Notes: a model not told the origin generated them from the sequence alone. A DNA stretch of 63,246 nt, filler included, from Octopus bimaculoides (GCF_001194135.2; 6 parts of 5 records of this genome joined end to end with filler, not necessarily neighbours in it); one strand, 5' to 3'. Shown: positions 37,511 through 50,240, counted from the whole stretch's first letter. Translations and numbers: made by a program.

Positions 37511-37670
37511 CGCGCAGGTGTAGCTGTGTGGTTAGACATTTGCTTCCAAACCACATGGTTCCAGGATTAGTCTTACTGCGTGGCACGTTGAGTAAGTGTT
37601 TTCTACTGTAGCCTCGGGCCGACCAAAGTCTTGTCAATGGATGCGGCAGACAAAAACTGAAAGAAGCCTG

Positions 37671-37714
<44 letters not shown>

Positions 37715-37890
37715 TTGACAACAGGTGTTGTTGTGTTTACATCCCTGTAACTTAACAGTTCAGCCTAAGATAACCGATAGAATAAATACCTGGTTTTAAA
37801 AATTTAGTATTGGCGTCGATTCGTTCGACTAAAATTTTTCCACGTGCTGCCCCAGCATGGCCGTATTCTAATGACTGAAAGAAGTTAAAT
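37511..37890 (+). mobile_element. SINE family B with internal (TG)n
   Basis: GCGCAGGTGTAGCTGTGTGG head to CCCCAGCATGGCCG tail. Confidence 0.82.
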
Positions 37891-38616
37891 AGGTATGATG
37901 GACTCCCCCGTCGGTATCGACGTATGGCAGGATATATTGTCACCGACAACCTACTTTTTCTTTATCAGTCATAATGCTTTTGTCGAATGTGACAATATAT
38001 CCCGCCAACGATTTCCAAAAAAAGCCCAAAAGAAGCATGTAGCAAAAGAATAGGTATTGGTGGTGACTGCTGACTTCTAGAGCATCTAGAGTGGATTATG
38101 TGACATTTCAGCGCAGCCGTTTGTCGCCGCTTATTTGACGCTGCTGATTCTCTATTTATGGCTGTGAGTATATCTTTTTTTTTATGCATGAGAAGGGAGG
38201 AAAGTGTTTGTCAATAGTGTTCAATCAAATTATAATGACTCTCTTTCTCTCACACTTTCTATCTCCTTGTATCTCTGTTTCTCTCTCTCTCTCTTTCTCT
38301 CTCCTTGTATCTCTCACTATTTCTAGCTGTATGTGTACATTTCTGCGCCCGTGTGTTTATGTATGTGTGAGAGAGAATGTATGCGTGTGTGTATCAGTGT
38401 GTGTTTTTCTCCAGCACCAAAATGTACAGTCGCTAAAATAGGCTGGATGTCCAGCCAAATTGTCTACGTCTAAACAGCACGCCAAATCGTCACATTCCGT
38501 CAAGAATGTGACGATCCATCCCAGGAATATAATAGTGATGACATGTGCATGTATGTGTTTGTGTTAGAACGTATCGCGTCATTTTATAATCAGGTGTTCT
38601 GGTAAATATATATGTT

Positions 38617-38654
<38 letters not shown>

Positions 38655-40044
38655 AACAGTTTTCTGTAAATACACACTCCTCGAATATTACATAATGAAG
38701 GCTTTGAATATTATCAACCTCTAATGTCTAATGCACTGGAACTAATTCTTTTCTTAGATTCAGATGTTACTTAAATTCAGTGCTGTTTAACAGAACACAT
38801 TTATGTAGCTAAGGAAAAAGAGTTATTGTAAATTAATTTCTTAATGCAACATTACAACATTATTGTTTAAACAGTTCTAATTGGAGTAAATTGCTTGGCT
38901 GTGAGGAAGTAAAAACACTGACATTGCTAACAGAGCCCTTCGTTTGGATAATGATACAGAATCGTTTGATGGTAATAAATTGGTTTAATTACAATATCGG
39001 GTTTCCATACCAGACAGAAGACTGAGCGTTAATCCTGCTTTTATAAACATTGTAGAAACGATGAAGAAACGTTGATTGTTCACTTTCAAAACGAATAGCT
39101 TAAACCTAAATACACCATGCAGTAAATTGCGCCACTTGTGTTTATGTAAACATACTTAGTCAGTGAAAGGTTAAGGACCCAAGTTGTTAATAAGAGCACG
39201 TGATAAGGAAGTAAACTGTCAGATAATGTCTAACTAATGGATGCAATCAAATGCCTAGAACTAAATTAAAAACCAAAAAGTCTGATATCTTCCTTAGTTG
39301 GCTATTACTCTACAAGTGTTATAAAATGGGAAATTTAAGATAACTTGGTTTTAATTTTGTTTTATTTCTTTTTCTGTTAGATATATATATATAATCAAAA
39401 ATATCGGTGTCTTTAGTTCAAAGAAATACTTAACACGATCGTATCTCGACGCTGTTTATTACTTCCTATCGTGATGAGATGTGCAGAAGATCAATAGGAC
39501 ACGATTTGAACGCTATGCGTGACAAAGTAGTCTAGCGATAATTTGGTATTTTAAAAAGAATTTGAAAGGAAAATAATAATAAAAAAAAAAGAAGCAATAC
39601 TTGCGTATTTGCATCACGTTTATTTGTTGGCATTGAGTAGGAATTTTGTTTGCTTATCGTTCTGGGAAGTTTTCTTCTAAGAAGTTGACTATAACAGATT
39701 TTGACCTTTCACTGACATTTTGTCTTCAATTTAAAGTTATTTGTAAACTCTCCAAATTTTCAAATGATCTAGAGCAAATATTGTAGCTACATGACAAAAC
39801 CTTGATTCAAACGGCTCCGCTGAGAGATATTCGGTTAACCGTTTGTGATATTCAGCCAGTTGCTTTTAGTTCAACAACTTACTTTTAGTTTGATTAATTA
39901 TTCCTAGTTCCGGCAATAAATATTAGTAACACAAGAGAATGGAACAAGTTTCTAGAAGATGGTATGTTTGTGTGCTTTTTCTTTTAAATGTTGGGAAGGA
40001 GAGAGAAAGCTGGTAGTTCAATGACTTGATATTTAGAGGAAGAC

Positions 40045-40220
40045 AGGCGGTGAGCTAGCAGAATCGTTAGCACGCCGGACAAAATGCTAAGCGACATTTC
40101 GTCTTTCCTTACGTTGTAAGTTCAAATTCTGCTGAGCTCGACATTGCTTATCATCCCTTTCGGTGTCAATGGACTCGACTTAATCCATCCCCCGAACTAA
40201 TTGGCCTTGTACCAAAGTTA
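40045..40220 (+). mobile_element. SINE family C
   Basis: GGCGGTGAGCTAGCAGAATCGTTAGCACGCCGG...AGTTCAAATTC. Confidence 0.75.
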
Positions 40221-40371
40221 GAGGAAGGACTGAAACGAAAGAGGTTCTTTGTTTGAAGCTGGCAATGATTTTTACATTGATAAACTAATTGGCCGTCAGC
40301 ATTAGTAACATTGTGTTAACATTTTTGATATTAACCCACCTGTGACCGCCCATGGTTCTTTTGCTTTAAAG

Positions 40372-40754
40372 CTGTTGGCACTCCGTCGCTTACGACGTCG
40401 AGGGTTCCAGCTGATCCAATCAACGGAACAGCCTGCTCGTAAAATTAACGTGCAAGTAGCTGAGCACTCCACAGACACGTGTACCCTTAACGTTGTTCTC
40501 GGGGATATTCAACGTGACACAGTGTGACAAAGCTGGCGCTTTGAAATACAAGTACAACAGAAACAGGAAGTGAGAGTGAGAGAAAATTGTGGTGAAAGTG
40601 TACAGCAGGGTTCGCCACCATCCCCTGTCGGAGCCTCGTGGAGCTTTAGGTGTTTTCGCTCAATAAACACTCACAACGCCCGATCTGAGAATCGAAACCG
40701 CGATCCTATAACCGCGAGTCCGCTGCCCTAACCACTGGGCCATTGCGCCTCCAC
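40372..40754 (-). mobile_element. SINE family A, full length
   Basis: 9-bp TSD GCTTTAAAG (40363-40371 and 40755-40763). Confidence 0.92.
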
Positions 40755-41530
40755 GCTTTAAAGTAACCAAAATTAAAACTTTCCGTTAAAATATCCGGAA
40801 CCTTTGATTCCGCAAGCCTTACAAGATTACCGATTTTTTTTTCCGAACTAGGGGTAATTACCTGTGGTCAGCACACTCTAAATTAAGCAAATATTGAATT
40901 TATTCAATTACATAAAATACAATTACTTATACATTAGCCTAAATTGGTGCAGATCATAAGGGGTTTGGGATATCAGTACTCGGGAAGTTAGTGTTGTACC
41001 TGTAATTCATGTTCCCAATAACAGTTTAATAATCTCAAAATTATTTTTCTAAATTCTTCAGGATTTTCAAAATAGTTTTCAAAATTAAAGAAAATTATAG
41101 AAAAGTTTATAAATGCTTTAATTTTTCAATTTGTACAAAACATAGTTTTTTTTTTTAGACATCCAGCCTTCTATCACACCTAAACCTGGTTCATCATCAT
41201 GTGATCCCTTCACTTTTCATGTTTATATTATTACTTAAACCATTTCGGTCATCTGAACGCACCAGCTACAGTCCACCTTCGTTCAAAAGTATATTTTGTA
41301 ACTCTCTTACTGCCGCTTACTCTTCTTCTCTCACTCCCACTCTTATATTCTCTCTATCTTTCTTTCTTGCTTTCTTTCTCTCTCTCTCTCTCCCTCTCTC
41401 TCCCTCTCTCTCCCTCTTTCAGTCGCTCATTCTTGCATTAAAAATTGCATTGTTGAACTGCCATTTTATGTAGTTGTATAATTTTCATCATTGCACAGTT
41501 TCGAGGTTACTGTTACTGAATTATGTGTGC

Positions 41531-41592
<62 letters not shown>

Positions 41593-41772
41593 NNNNNNNN
41601 NNNNNNNNNNNNNNNNNNNNNNNNNNNNNNNNNNNNNNNNNNNNNNNNNNNNNNNNNNNNNNNNNNNNNNNNNNNNNNNNNNNNNNNNNNNNNNNNNNNN
41701 NNNNNNNNNNNNNNNNNNNNNNNNNNNNNNNNNNNNNNNNNNNNNNNNNNNNNNNNNNNNNNNNNNNNNNNN

Positions 41773-42100
41773 AAGGTCTACAGCACAGATGACAAATGTT
41801 CAAGCCTCTTGATCCTTGCTCGCTGGTATCTGATTCTAAGGAAACGCTTCTGTGAACCAGCATATGTCTCTTAAGTCCGGGTATTGTTTTACAAACCTTG
41901 TGACATATGCCACAGGTCGCAGAAGGCGGTTGGTATTTAGGGTGTCTGGAATTTCTACCCTCATGTGTTTTCATGTGATTCACATATCCTGCTTTTGACA
42001 GAAGAACGCGATCACACACAATACACATCCTATACTCTCCATTGTTTACAATTTTTCCCTTTCGACATAGACAGTCAGGCACATGGACAGACACTAAGAG
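41773..42100 (-). mobile_element. RTE-like LINE C-terminal fragment with C2H2 zinc fingers
   Basis: CIVCDRVLLSKAGYVNHMKTH and CGICHKVCKTIPGLKRHMLVH; a third finger CHLC is cut by the gap. Confidence 0.7.
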
Positions 42101-42279
42101 ACACGCCGAATCATGCAAAACAGGTTGCGGTGACTTCTCACGTATCAAATCTAACAATCTCTCTAACAGAACAATGAGACAGGTGTTTTATGGGACAATA
42201 TGGTTATAACGTATCGCTAGAAAGCATGGGAAACATCATACATTCCATGAAGTAATTACACCAATTGTATACCACTATA

Positions 42280-43129
42280 CGAGGTCTCATCAATAAGTAT
42301 CCGTACTGTTGTCATAATAATGAAGTCAAAGCACGCAGAGAGAAACCTCTTAGCAAAGATTGACTCTGCTGTGCATGCGCACTAAGTTTTAACGTTCTAG
42401 CTCCCTTCCGCTGTTTACAGCAGTGCTTGGAAGGAATGTGGGTATCGCGTGATCGTTACATTGACCATGAGAGAGAAAGTAGTCATGGCGATACCTGCTC
42501 AGAGGCCTACGCAAAGTTGCGGAAAGTGTATGGAGAGGATTGTATGAGACGCACACAAGTGAACGAGTGTTTCAGATGTTTCCAAGGTGGCCGCAAAAAT
42601 GTCGATATGGACGAACGTTCTGCAGAATTGAGAAAAACATCGCAGATGTGAGAGCAGATGTGAGGTGAAATCGTCGAATCACCTTCCGTGAGATTAGTGC
42701 ACATTAGTTACGGTTCAGTTCAGTACGTTATCACTGAAGATTTGGGTATGAGACACGTTCCTGCCAAATGTGTGCCAAAACTGACCAAAAAGACCCTCGG
42801 GTTTCAGTTTCACAAGATCTCCTTGATTGTGTCGAATGCGATGAAAACTTTTTGAAAACTTTACGTTGGCCTCTGAGCATGTCCCGCCAAGCTTTTGGCA
42901 AAAGTTGATGCAGATTTTCTGCTCAACTTTCTCTGCCATGGTCAATGTGACGCTCACACGCTACACCTTCCTTCCAAGCACTGCTGTAAACAGCGGAAGT
43001 GAGCTAGAACGTTAAAACTTGGTGCGTTTGCACAACGGAGAAAGGTCAGTGTGTACCAAGCGGCTTTACTCTCCGTGCTTTGGCTTCGTTACTATAGCAA
43101 CAGTCTGGATACTTATTGATCAGAATACG
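42280..43129. mobile_element. Mariner-derived non-autonomous foldback element
   Basis: TA flanks (42278-42279, 43130-43131); TIR CGAGGTCTCATCAATAAGTATCC versus CGTATTCTGATCAATAAGTATCC; transposase remnants DTCSEAYAKLRKVYGEDCM, CVPKL, ENFLK. Confidence 0.9.
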
Positions 43130-43404
43130 TAATAATTATTTGGAGTGCAGACGATATAATTTAGAGAAATAAACTTTGATTCTTTCTTTATTCTTGATGC
43201 AACGCCATAGCCTCTTTTCTAGAAATGTTAGTCATATTTTTTTGATTTTGAAAAACCACAACAGAAGTGTTTGGAGTTTTTTTTTTTACGAGGGCTTTTC
43301 TTAGTTTTTTTTTTTTTAATTGTTGTCTTACGGAATTAGGACATTGAATTGATAGGTTTTTTTGTCATGGCTTGCTCTGAGAAAGAAATGCAGCGCCAAT
43401 GTTC

Positions 43405-43532
43405 TTTATCGACCCCGAAAGGATGAAAGGTAAAGTCGACCTCGGCGGAATTTGAACTCAGAACGTAACGGCAGACGAAATACCGCTAAGAATTTCGCCC
43501 GGCGTGCTAACGTTTCTGCCAGCTCGCTGCCT
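43405..43532 (-). mobile_element. SINE family C
   Basis: Reverse complement GGCAGCGAGCTGGCAGAAACGTTAGCACGCCGGGCG...GAGTTCAAATTCCGCCGAGGTCGAC. Confidence 0.85.
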
Positions 43533-44569
43533 TTCTGCTATGTTGTCATCTGAGGTCAGTGTAGTTTGCATTATTGTAAGTGTACAATAATGTATATTGT
43601 TTAACATAGTAAAATAGAACTGTTCAGAGATGAATATATCGTCCGAAGTGATTTATTTTCCGTACAATTAATATACTGATGTCGATTCAATTAACTCCAC
43701 ACACTTCTTTGAAGACATCTTGTACCGAGTCAAAAGAAATTATATTATATCGCCTTAGGTATTCAAGTATATTTTCGTGCTAGAGAAACCACTCGCTCGA
43801 TTATAATTGATATTAAAATATTGTAATTGGTTTTATTATATCTGATTCTTCATTTAATATTACGTTCTGCTGGGTAGGTTGGTTCCTTATTGAAGCAAAA
43901 TAACATACCTCTTATTTGAATTCATCAAGCTCACTGTAACCTCTATTTGAGTTCATCATATCAATTATTTGAAATCATTGGATCGAAATCTTCAACTCAG
44001 TAGTTTGTTTACGAACGATATTTATATCCAATACTTAAGCACACAGTCACGTTAAGAACATACTGTTCACCTGATCACAATCAGTATTATGAATCTAATA
44101 TATGACTTAATAAGCTCAGTCACGCGACGAAATTCGTAGAACGTTGAACAATCAACCAAAATGCCAGCAGTTCGCATCGCGTCACAAGCGGTATTGTCTT
44201 TTTATATCTTGTGTATTGAAGCTTTGACTATAGGTCGTGTGTTATAGCATGTGTAAATAGTTCTCTCTCACGTCCACTCGTAACTCAGTGACATTAATCT
44301 CAGTAAATTTCCTTCTTTTTTAATCTTCATGGCTTAGCGAAAGGAGGAAGAGTAGCATATATGACACTTCTCAGGAACTCCATGTCCAGAGGAGAAAAGC
44401 TATAAATTTTTCCTCACACAAAGATCTGGTTAGAATGATTGCGACAGAGTGGACTCCGTTAAAAGCATCCAAACCTTGATGGTAGCATTAAATCAGATGA
44501 TGGCTTAGTCACATGTCAAGAATATTAACTTGGCTGAGACTCTACTATGCTGTCCTAAATATATCAGAT

Positions 44570-44770
44570 GCGCTCAGCAAATACATGGTTGTGGTGTTAC
44601 GTAGTTCGTTTTGCAGCTACATGGTTTCGGGTTCAGTCTCACAGCACGGCACTTTGAGCAAATTTCTTTTTAGTAAAGCCCTGGGCCGACCAATGCCTTA
44701 TGAGGGAATTTGATTAATAGAAACTGTATGGAAGCCCTTCGTGTGTGTGTGTGTGTGTGTGTGTGTGTTG
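44570..44770 (+). mobile_element. SINE family B, partial
   Basis: GGTTTCGGGTTCAGTCTCAC...GGGCCGACCAATGCCTTATGAG...GAAGCCC. Confidence 0.7.
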
Positions 44771-44885
44771 TATATTTCGACTTAGTCATATATACATACA
44801 ACTTTCGCTAACAACGAATTTTCCGACCTGGAGCTTTAGTAAAAGACAATCTGTTGCAAAAAGAGCTTCTAATTCACACAGTTCC

Positions 44886-44968
44886 TAGCATGAGTGGGGT
44901 TCGAATCCACGCGGACGACTGTCCATTAGAATTTAAGTCCAACGCCTTAACTACTTGGGCATCGTACT
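44886..44968 (-). tRNA. tRNA-Leu(TAA), degenerate, probable pseudogene
   Basis: AGTACGATGCCCAAGTAGTTAAGGCGTTGGACTTAAATTCTAATGGACAGTCGTCCGCGTGGATTCGAACCCCACTCATGCTA: 83 nt, anticodon TAA (plus-strand 44933-44935), long variable arm. A-box, B-box (GATTCGAA) and acceptor stem carry mutations; TTTTT lies ~25 nt downstream. Confidence 0.85.
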
Positions 44969-45832
44969 CCTCTAGGTTTACTCGTTTTCATTATTTAATT
45001 ATTGGTTTATTACGAAGCTATGATGCCACACGTTGAGAGGAGCGGTTCTTGATTTTATGGTTTATTAGCATCAGAGGGGTGAAACCCGTCTAAGAGACAG
45101 TATATGTAATGTTATTGATCTAAAGATATATTCGAATATTTCTTTCATTTCTCGAAGCAGAAAATTCATATATTTTATCGAAGAGGAGTGGAAGAATACT
45201 GGATTGGGGTGGTTAGTTTATGTCTATCTCAGAAGTATTAACAACACAACCAAAGTGATAAAATTAATCAACACCATAACGGCCTCCAGTTCACACAAAA
45301 TCTATCTCGTTCAGTAAGGCCATAATTAATTAAATTAGGTATTGATTAAATTAGTTTTAACTTAAAGTTATGAAATGCGTCATAATGGATACAAGTATTC
45401 AATTACTTTTTCTCTTTCTTATCAAAGTAGAACAAATACGATCCATTATCAATATGCTGTATTAATGAGCATTTGTAATATGTTGTGTTAATGTAGTAGT
45501 TGAGGGCAAACATAATTTTTACACTCTTCCTCTCTATCTCGCAATATATATGTGTGTGTGTAAGTGTGCGTGCGTGTGCTTGTATGTGTGTATGTGTGTG
45601 TGTATTTAGGTATAAATATGTATATGTATGTATTTACGTACTTACATACATATATATACACACACATATATATATGTATGTATATGTGCGCGCGCGTGTG
45701 TGTATGTATTTGTACAAACCAGAGAGAAAAGATACGTTCGTTTATTCAATACATGGGGATCTGTAATTTTAATCTAACGTTACGAGATTTTTTTCCTATA
45801 TCTGTACCCTAAGACCTAGAAAAACGTATTTA

Positions 45833-45894
<62 letters not shown>

Positions 45895-47525
45895 CACACT
45901 TCTGAAAGTAATATTTTCTTGTGTTTAATCCCTATAATCAATGTCGGTAGCATATTTCACTAATACTTATCGGCATCATTCTTTCTAAACTGCCTCAATC
46001 GAAAAGATTTTTGAAAGCGTTTGAATTCGGATTTTGCTCAACGTCATAACTCGTCAATATAATTCAGACGTAGGAGCTATCTTGACCAAAATAAAGTTTC
46101 CGTCTTCATCTTCGACGAAACGTTTTAGCTAATTTGGCAGGATCGGTAAAAACAGAGAAGCGTGAGCTTTTGTACACCCAGAGTAAGAATTTTTGCAAGG
46201 TTTCACCCTCGTAATAACAATGACTCTTTTATTGAACACAATGATTTTCGCTACGACTTGGCTGGTAAAATATCCTCTTAACAATCTATATTTTTGTTTT
46301 CTTTTTCTTTTCTGTATGCAATTTCATTCGATCCTCCCATAGATCAGTGTTGGTCATCGGGGACGAGAAAAATATTGAACCTTTCGAAAAGAAAATATTA
46401 AGAAAGATTTCTAGGTGATTTTTCATTGAACAGTTAATGAAATTGCTTTTCTTTGTAAGTGTTTTATCATTTATATCTTTTTGTTTCTTTCAGTAGCTGA
46501 GGCTTTTGGCTATCAACCGTATTATGAAATTCTGGATTCTTTCGGAAATTTTCAATGGCGTGCTTGGCACGTTATTTTGTTTTACGATCATTGTGTTATC
46601 ACTCTAACTCGGAGCCTTTTGTCGGCTGAATCCCATTTTTTTCTGACCATTAGCTTTTGATTGAAATATAGATTATTTCGTGTGCGACGGTTAATGGAAT
46701 GACTAGTTTTATCTATATTTCATTTTAATAGTTCAATAGCACTAGCCTTCATCAGGAGACGACAAAAGCCATTTCACACTTGGAATTTAATACATATACA
46801 TACATACAGAGAGAGAGATGTATACATATATGTATATATATATATATATATATATNNNNNNNNNNNNNNNNNNNNNNNNNNNNNNNNNNNNNNNNNNNNN
46901 NNNNNNNNNNNNNNNNNNNNNNNNNNNNNNNNNNNNNNNNNNNNNNNNNNNNNNNNNNNNNNNNNNNNNNNNNNNNNNNNNNNNNNNNNNNNNNNNNNNN
47001 NNNNNNNNNNNNNNNNNNNNNNNNNNNNNNNNNNNNNNNNNNNNNNNNNNNNNNNNNNNNNNNNNNNNNNNNNNNNNNNNNNNNNNNNNNNNNNNNNNNN
47101 NNNNNNNNNNNNNNNNNNNNNNNNNNNNNNNNNNNNNNNNNNNNNNNNNNNNNNNNNNNNNNNNNNNNNNNNNNNNNNNNNNNNNNNNNNNNNNNNNNNN
47201 NNNNNNNNNNNNNNNNNNNNNNNNNNNNNNNNNNNNNNNNNNNNNNNNNNNNNNNNNNNNNNNNNNNNNNNNNNNNNNNNNNNNNNNNNNNNNNNNNNNN
47301 NNNNNNNNNNNNNNNNNNNNNNNNNNNNNNNNNNNNNNNNNNNNNNNNNNNNNNNNNNNNNNNNNNNNNNNNNNNNNNNNNNNNNNNNNNNNNNNNNNNN
47401 NNNNNNNNNNNNNNNNNNNNNNNNNNNNNNNNNNNNNNNNNNNNNNNNNNNNNNNNNNNNNNNNNNNNNNNNNNNNNNNNNNNNNNNNNNNNNNNNNNNN
47501 NNNNNNNNNNNNNNNNNNNNNNNNN

Positions 47526-47566
<41 letters not shown>

Positions 47567-47942
47567 TATTTATATACACACATATATATACATACATATA
47601 CACACACACATATATACACACACACACACTCTTTTGGTTGAGCCCCCAGTCATAAAACAGACAGACATCTTACACCATATATTACATTGAAGAAAAAGAG
47701 CAAAAAAAACAATAATGCTTTCTATAGTTATTTTCATTGTGTGGTCGACATTTTATGCAGCCATACACGTTCTTTATGTTCATTCTTAAATCATACTACA
47801 AGAGCAATCCTATGTTGGGCAACTGTCAGATGACTCGTGACTTAAAATCTTCAACAGTCACAGAAAAAGTATTCTACATTAGATCCTATTTCACTCTGGA
47901 CTTTTAGTTAGGTCAAATCTAATACCATTTCTACTTACTCGT

Positions 47943-48320
47943 AGGCCCAGCCATGGCTACGTGATTAAGAAGCTAGCTTTGCAGTCATGTGGATTCGGGT
48001 CACCTTAGGCAAGTGTTTTCTACTTTAGCCCTAGGCCTACCAATGCCATGGGAATGAATTTGGTAGATGGAAACTGTGGAAGCCTGTCGTGTGAGCGTGT
48101 ATGTGTGTATGCCTTCATGCCAGTGTTTGTCACCGAGACTCGCCACCGCTTAACAACCAATGTTGATTTGTTCATGTCTCCGTAACTCAGCGGTTCAGCA
48201 AAAAATACCGATAGAAAACATAAGTACTGGGCGTCAATTTGTTCGTATAAAACCCTTCAAGGTGGTGTTCCAGCATAACCGCAATCCAATGACCGAAACA
48301 ATTAAATGATTAAAGATAAA
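47943..48320 (+). mobile_element. SINE family B, degenerate
   Basis: CACCTTAGGCAAGTG...TTGGTAGATGGAAACTG...TTCCAGCATAACCGCA. Confidence 0.72.
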
Positions 48321-48683
48321 AGATTAGTCCGTGTGAACTCCAAACGCTTTGAAAATTTTTCTGCTGATTTATATTTTATCTCTCTGGTAATAGTAAAATA
48401 TTTACGAATCTTTCCTTCCATAATTATAATTGTATGTACGTAGGTTCTTCGTCACCATTTGTAGAACCAATGGATATCATGAAGATTTTTACCTTTCTTT
48501 TCTTTTTTCTTCCACTTGAATCTGTTTTGTATTGGTGATATCCGTAGAATGGATGGCTCTTGTTAAATATTTGGTCTTGTTTTTCAGCTTTTCTAAGAAA
48601 TATTTCTGCTACCATTCGGTGGACCAATACCAACCAATGAGTAAAGACTACAAGTCTATATTGGTATGTCTTGTAGAGAATGT

Positions 48684-48885
48684 TGAGGCGCATGGTTGAG
48701 TTATTAGGGTGTTGGACACGTGATCGAAAGATTGTGGTTTCGATTTCTGGACTGGGCAATGTATTATGTTATTGAATAAAACCATTCATTTCACTTCCTC
48801 TAGTCCATTCTGCTGGCAAAAATGAGTAATCCTGCGACGGACCAGCAGGAGTGGGGCAGTATATGTGCCAAAGAAACCGTGAAAA
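48684..48885 (+). mobile_element. SINE family D, degenerate
   Basis: GAGGCGCATGGTTGAGTTATTAGGG...GGTTTCGATTTC. Confidence 0.6.
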
Positions 48886-49194
48886 CAGCCTTATAAGTCT
48901 ATATGACTGATGAAAGATGTTTATCTTAGTCCTATGCTTGTAGAGATAAGCCGCCGGTATAGAAATGGTCTAGAAACAAGAGGTTGTATGCATACAGCAC
49001 AACACAGAGATAACTGCATAGCCTTGATAAGCCACCCCCACTGGACACAGAGAGAGCACCTAGCTGATGATAAATAGATACACCCCAGCTGGAGACGATG
49101 TCTCTTGGGGCAACATTCGTCCTAAACCAGGACTGCCATGTTGTTGGCAAATAATCTTTACTCCAAAGTACTGTTGCTGAATATCTCTCGCTGT

Positions 49195-49437
49195 GAGATT
49201 TACAAATAGTACATTATTTACATTATTTACATTCGACGGATATTTGTCCTCATCTTGTTTGTTGTTAACACAACATTTCGGCTGATATACCCTCCAGTCT
49301 TCTTCGGGTGTCTTGGGGAAATTTCGAACCTGGGTTCTCATTCCTAAGGTATTTTTCGATGTTATTATTATTATTGTTATTGTTCAGGTCACTGCTTGGA
49401 ATCGAACTTGGAATCTTGGGGTTAGTAGCCCACGCTC
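49195..49437 (-). mobile_element. Hammerhead-motif SINE-like element, copy 2, head in gap
   Basis: Reverse complement GACACCCGAAGAAGACTGGAGGGTATATCAGCCGAAATGTTGTGTTAAC; tail (TGTAAATAA)n. Confidence 0.8.
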
Positions 49438-49537
49438 NNNNNNNNNNNNNNNNNNNNNNNNNNNNNNNNNNNNNNNNNNNNTTAATTAATTAANNNNNNN
49501 NNNNNNNNNNNNNNNNNNNNNNNNNNNNNNNNNNNNN

Positions 49538-49598
<61 letters not shown>

Positions 49599-49617
49599 GT
49601 AACAATGATGATGATGG

Positions 49618-49656
<39 letters not shown>

Positions 49657-49898
49657 CAATAAATATAAATGAAATTACACAAATAGCTCGAGACTGTAAA
49701 GTACACTGTCAACAGATAACTATGCAAATAGCTGTAGAGGATTAATCGGTCTGAAAGAAGACACGGCACTAGAAACATTGTGTCATTGGTATACGTTACA
49801 TTCTTACATAGTCAAAAACGCATACACTCTCCCGTGTACATACAAACATACATACATACTTACATACATACACACATCATACATACATACACACAAGC

Positions 49899-50080
49899 TG
49901 ATTCGTAAATTACAAGTCCAGTCTGTGAATTGAACAGTAAAAATGTGCAAGACTTTTCTGAAGTTCCAAATGTGAATTTGTCTCTGTTAACTCTATCCTA
50001 ATATCTTTGTTGGAAACCGATTCCCTCCTCAGTGGAAGATTTATAATAATTAAAGAATAAAAGACACACATACATATATG
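49899..50080 (+). mobile_element. R4/Dong-like LINE extreme 3' end, subfamily 1
   Basis: IRKLQVQSVN*TVKMCKTFLKFQM*, then a 3' UTR matching 25130-25060 (GGAAACC..TCCCTC.TCAGTGGAAGATTTATAATAATT). Confidence 0.85.
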
Positions 50081-50240
50081 TGTTTGCAATCCAGGTTCAG
50101 AAAATGTCAACCAAGTACCTGATGCAAAAAAGGGAAAGAGATGCAGGAAAAACAGTAAAATATGTATATAAATATATATGACTGTGTGGTTGCATGTATG
50201 TATATATATATACACATATATATATATATATATATATATA

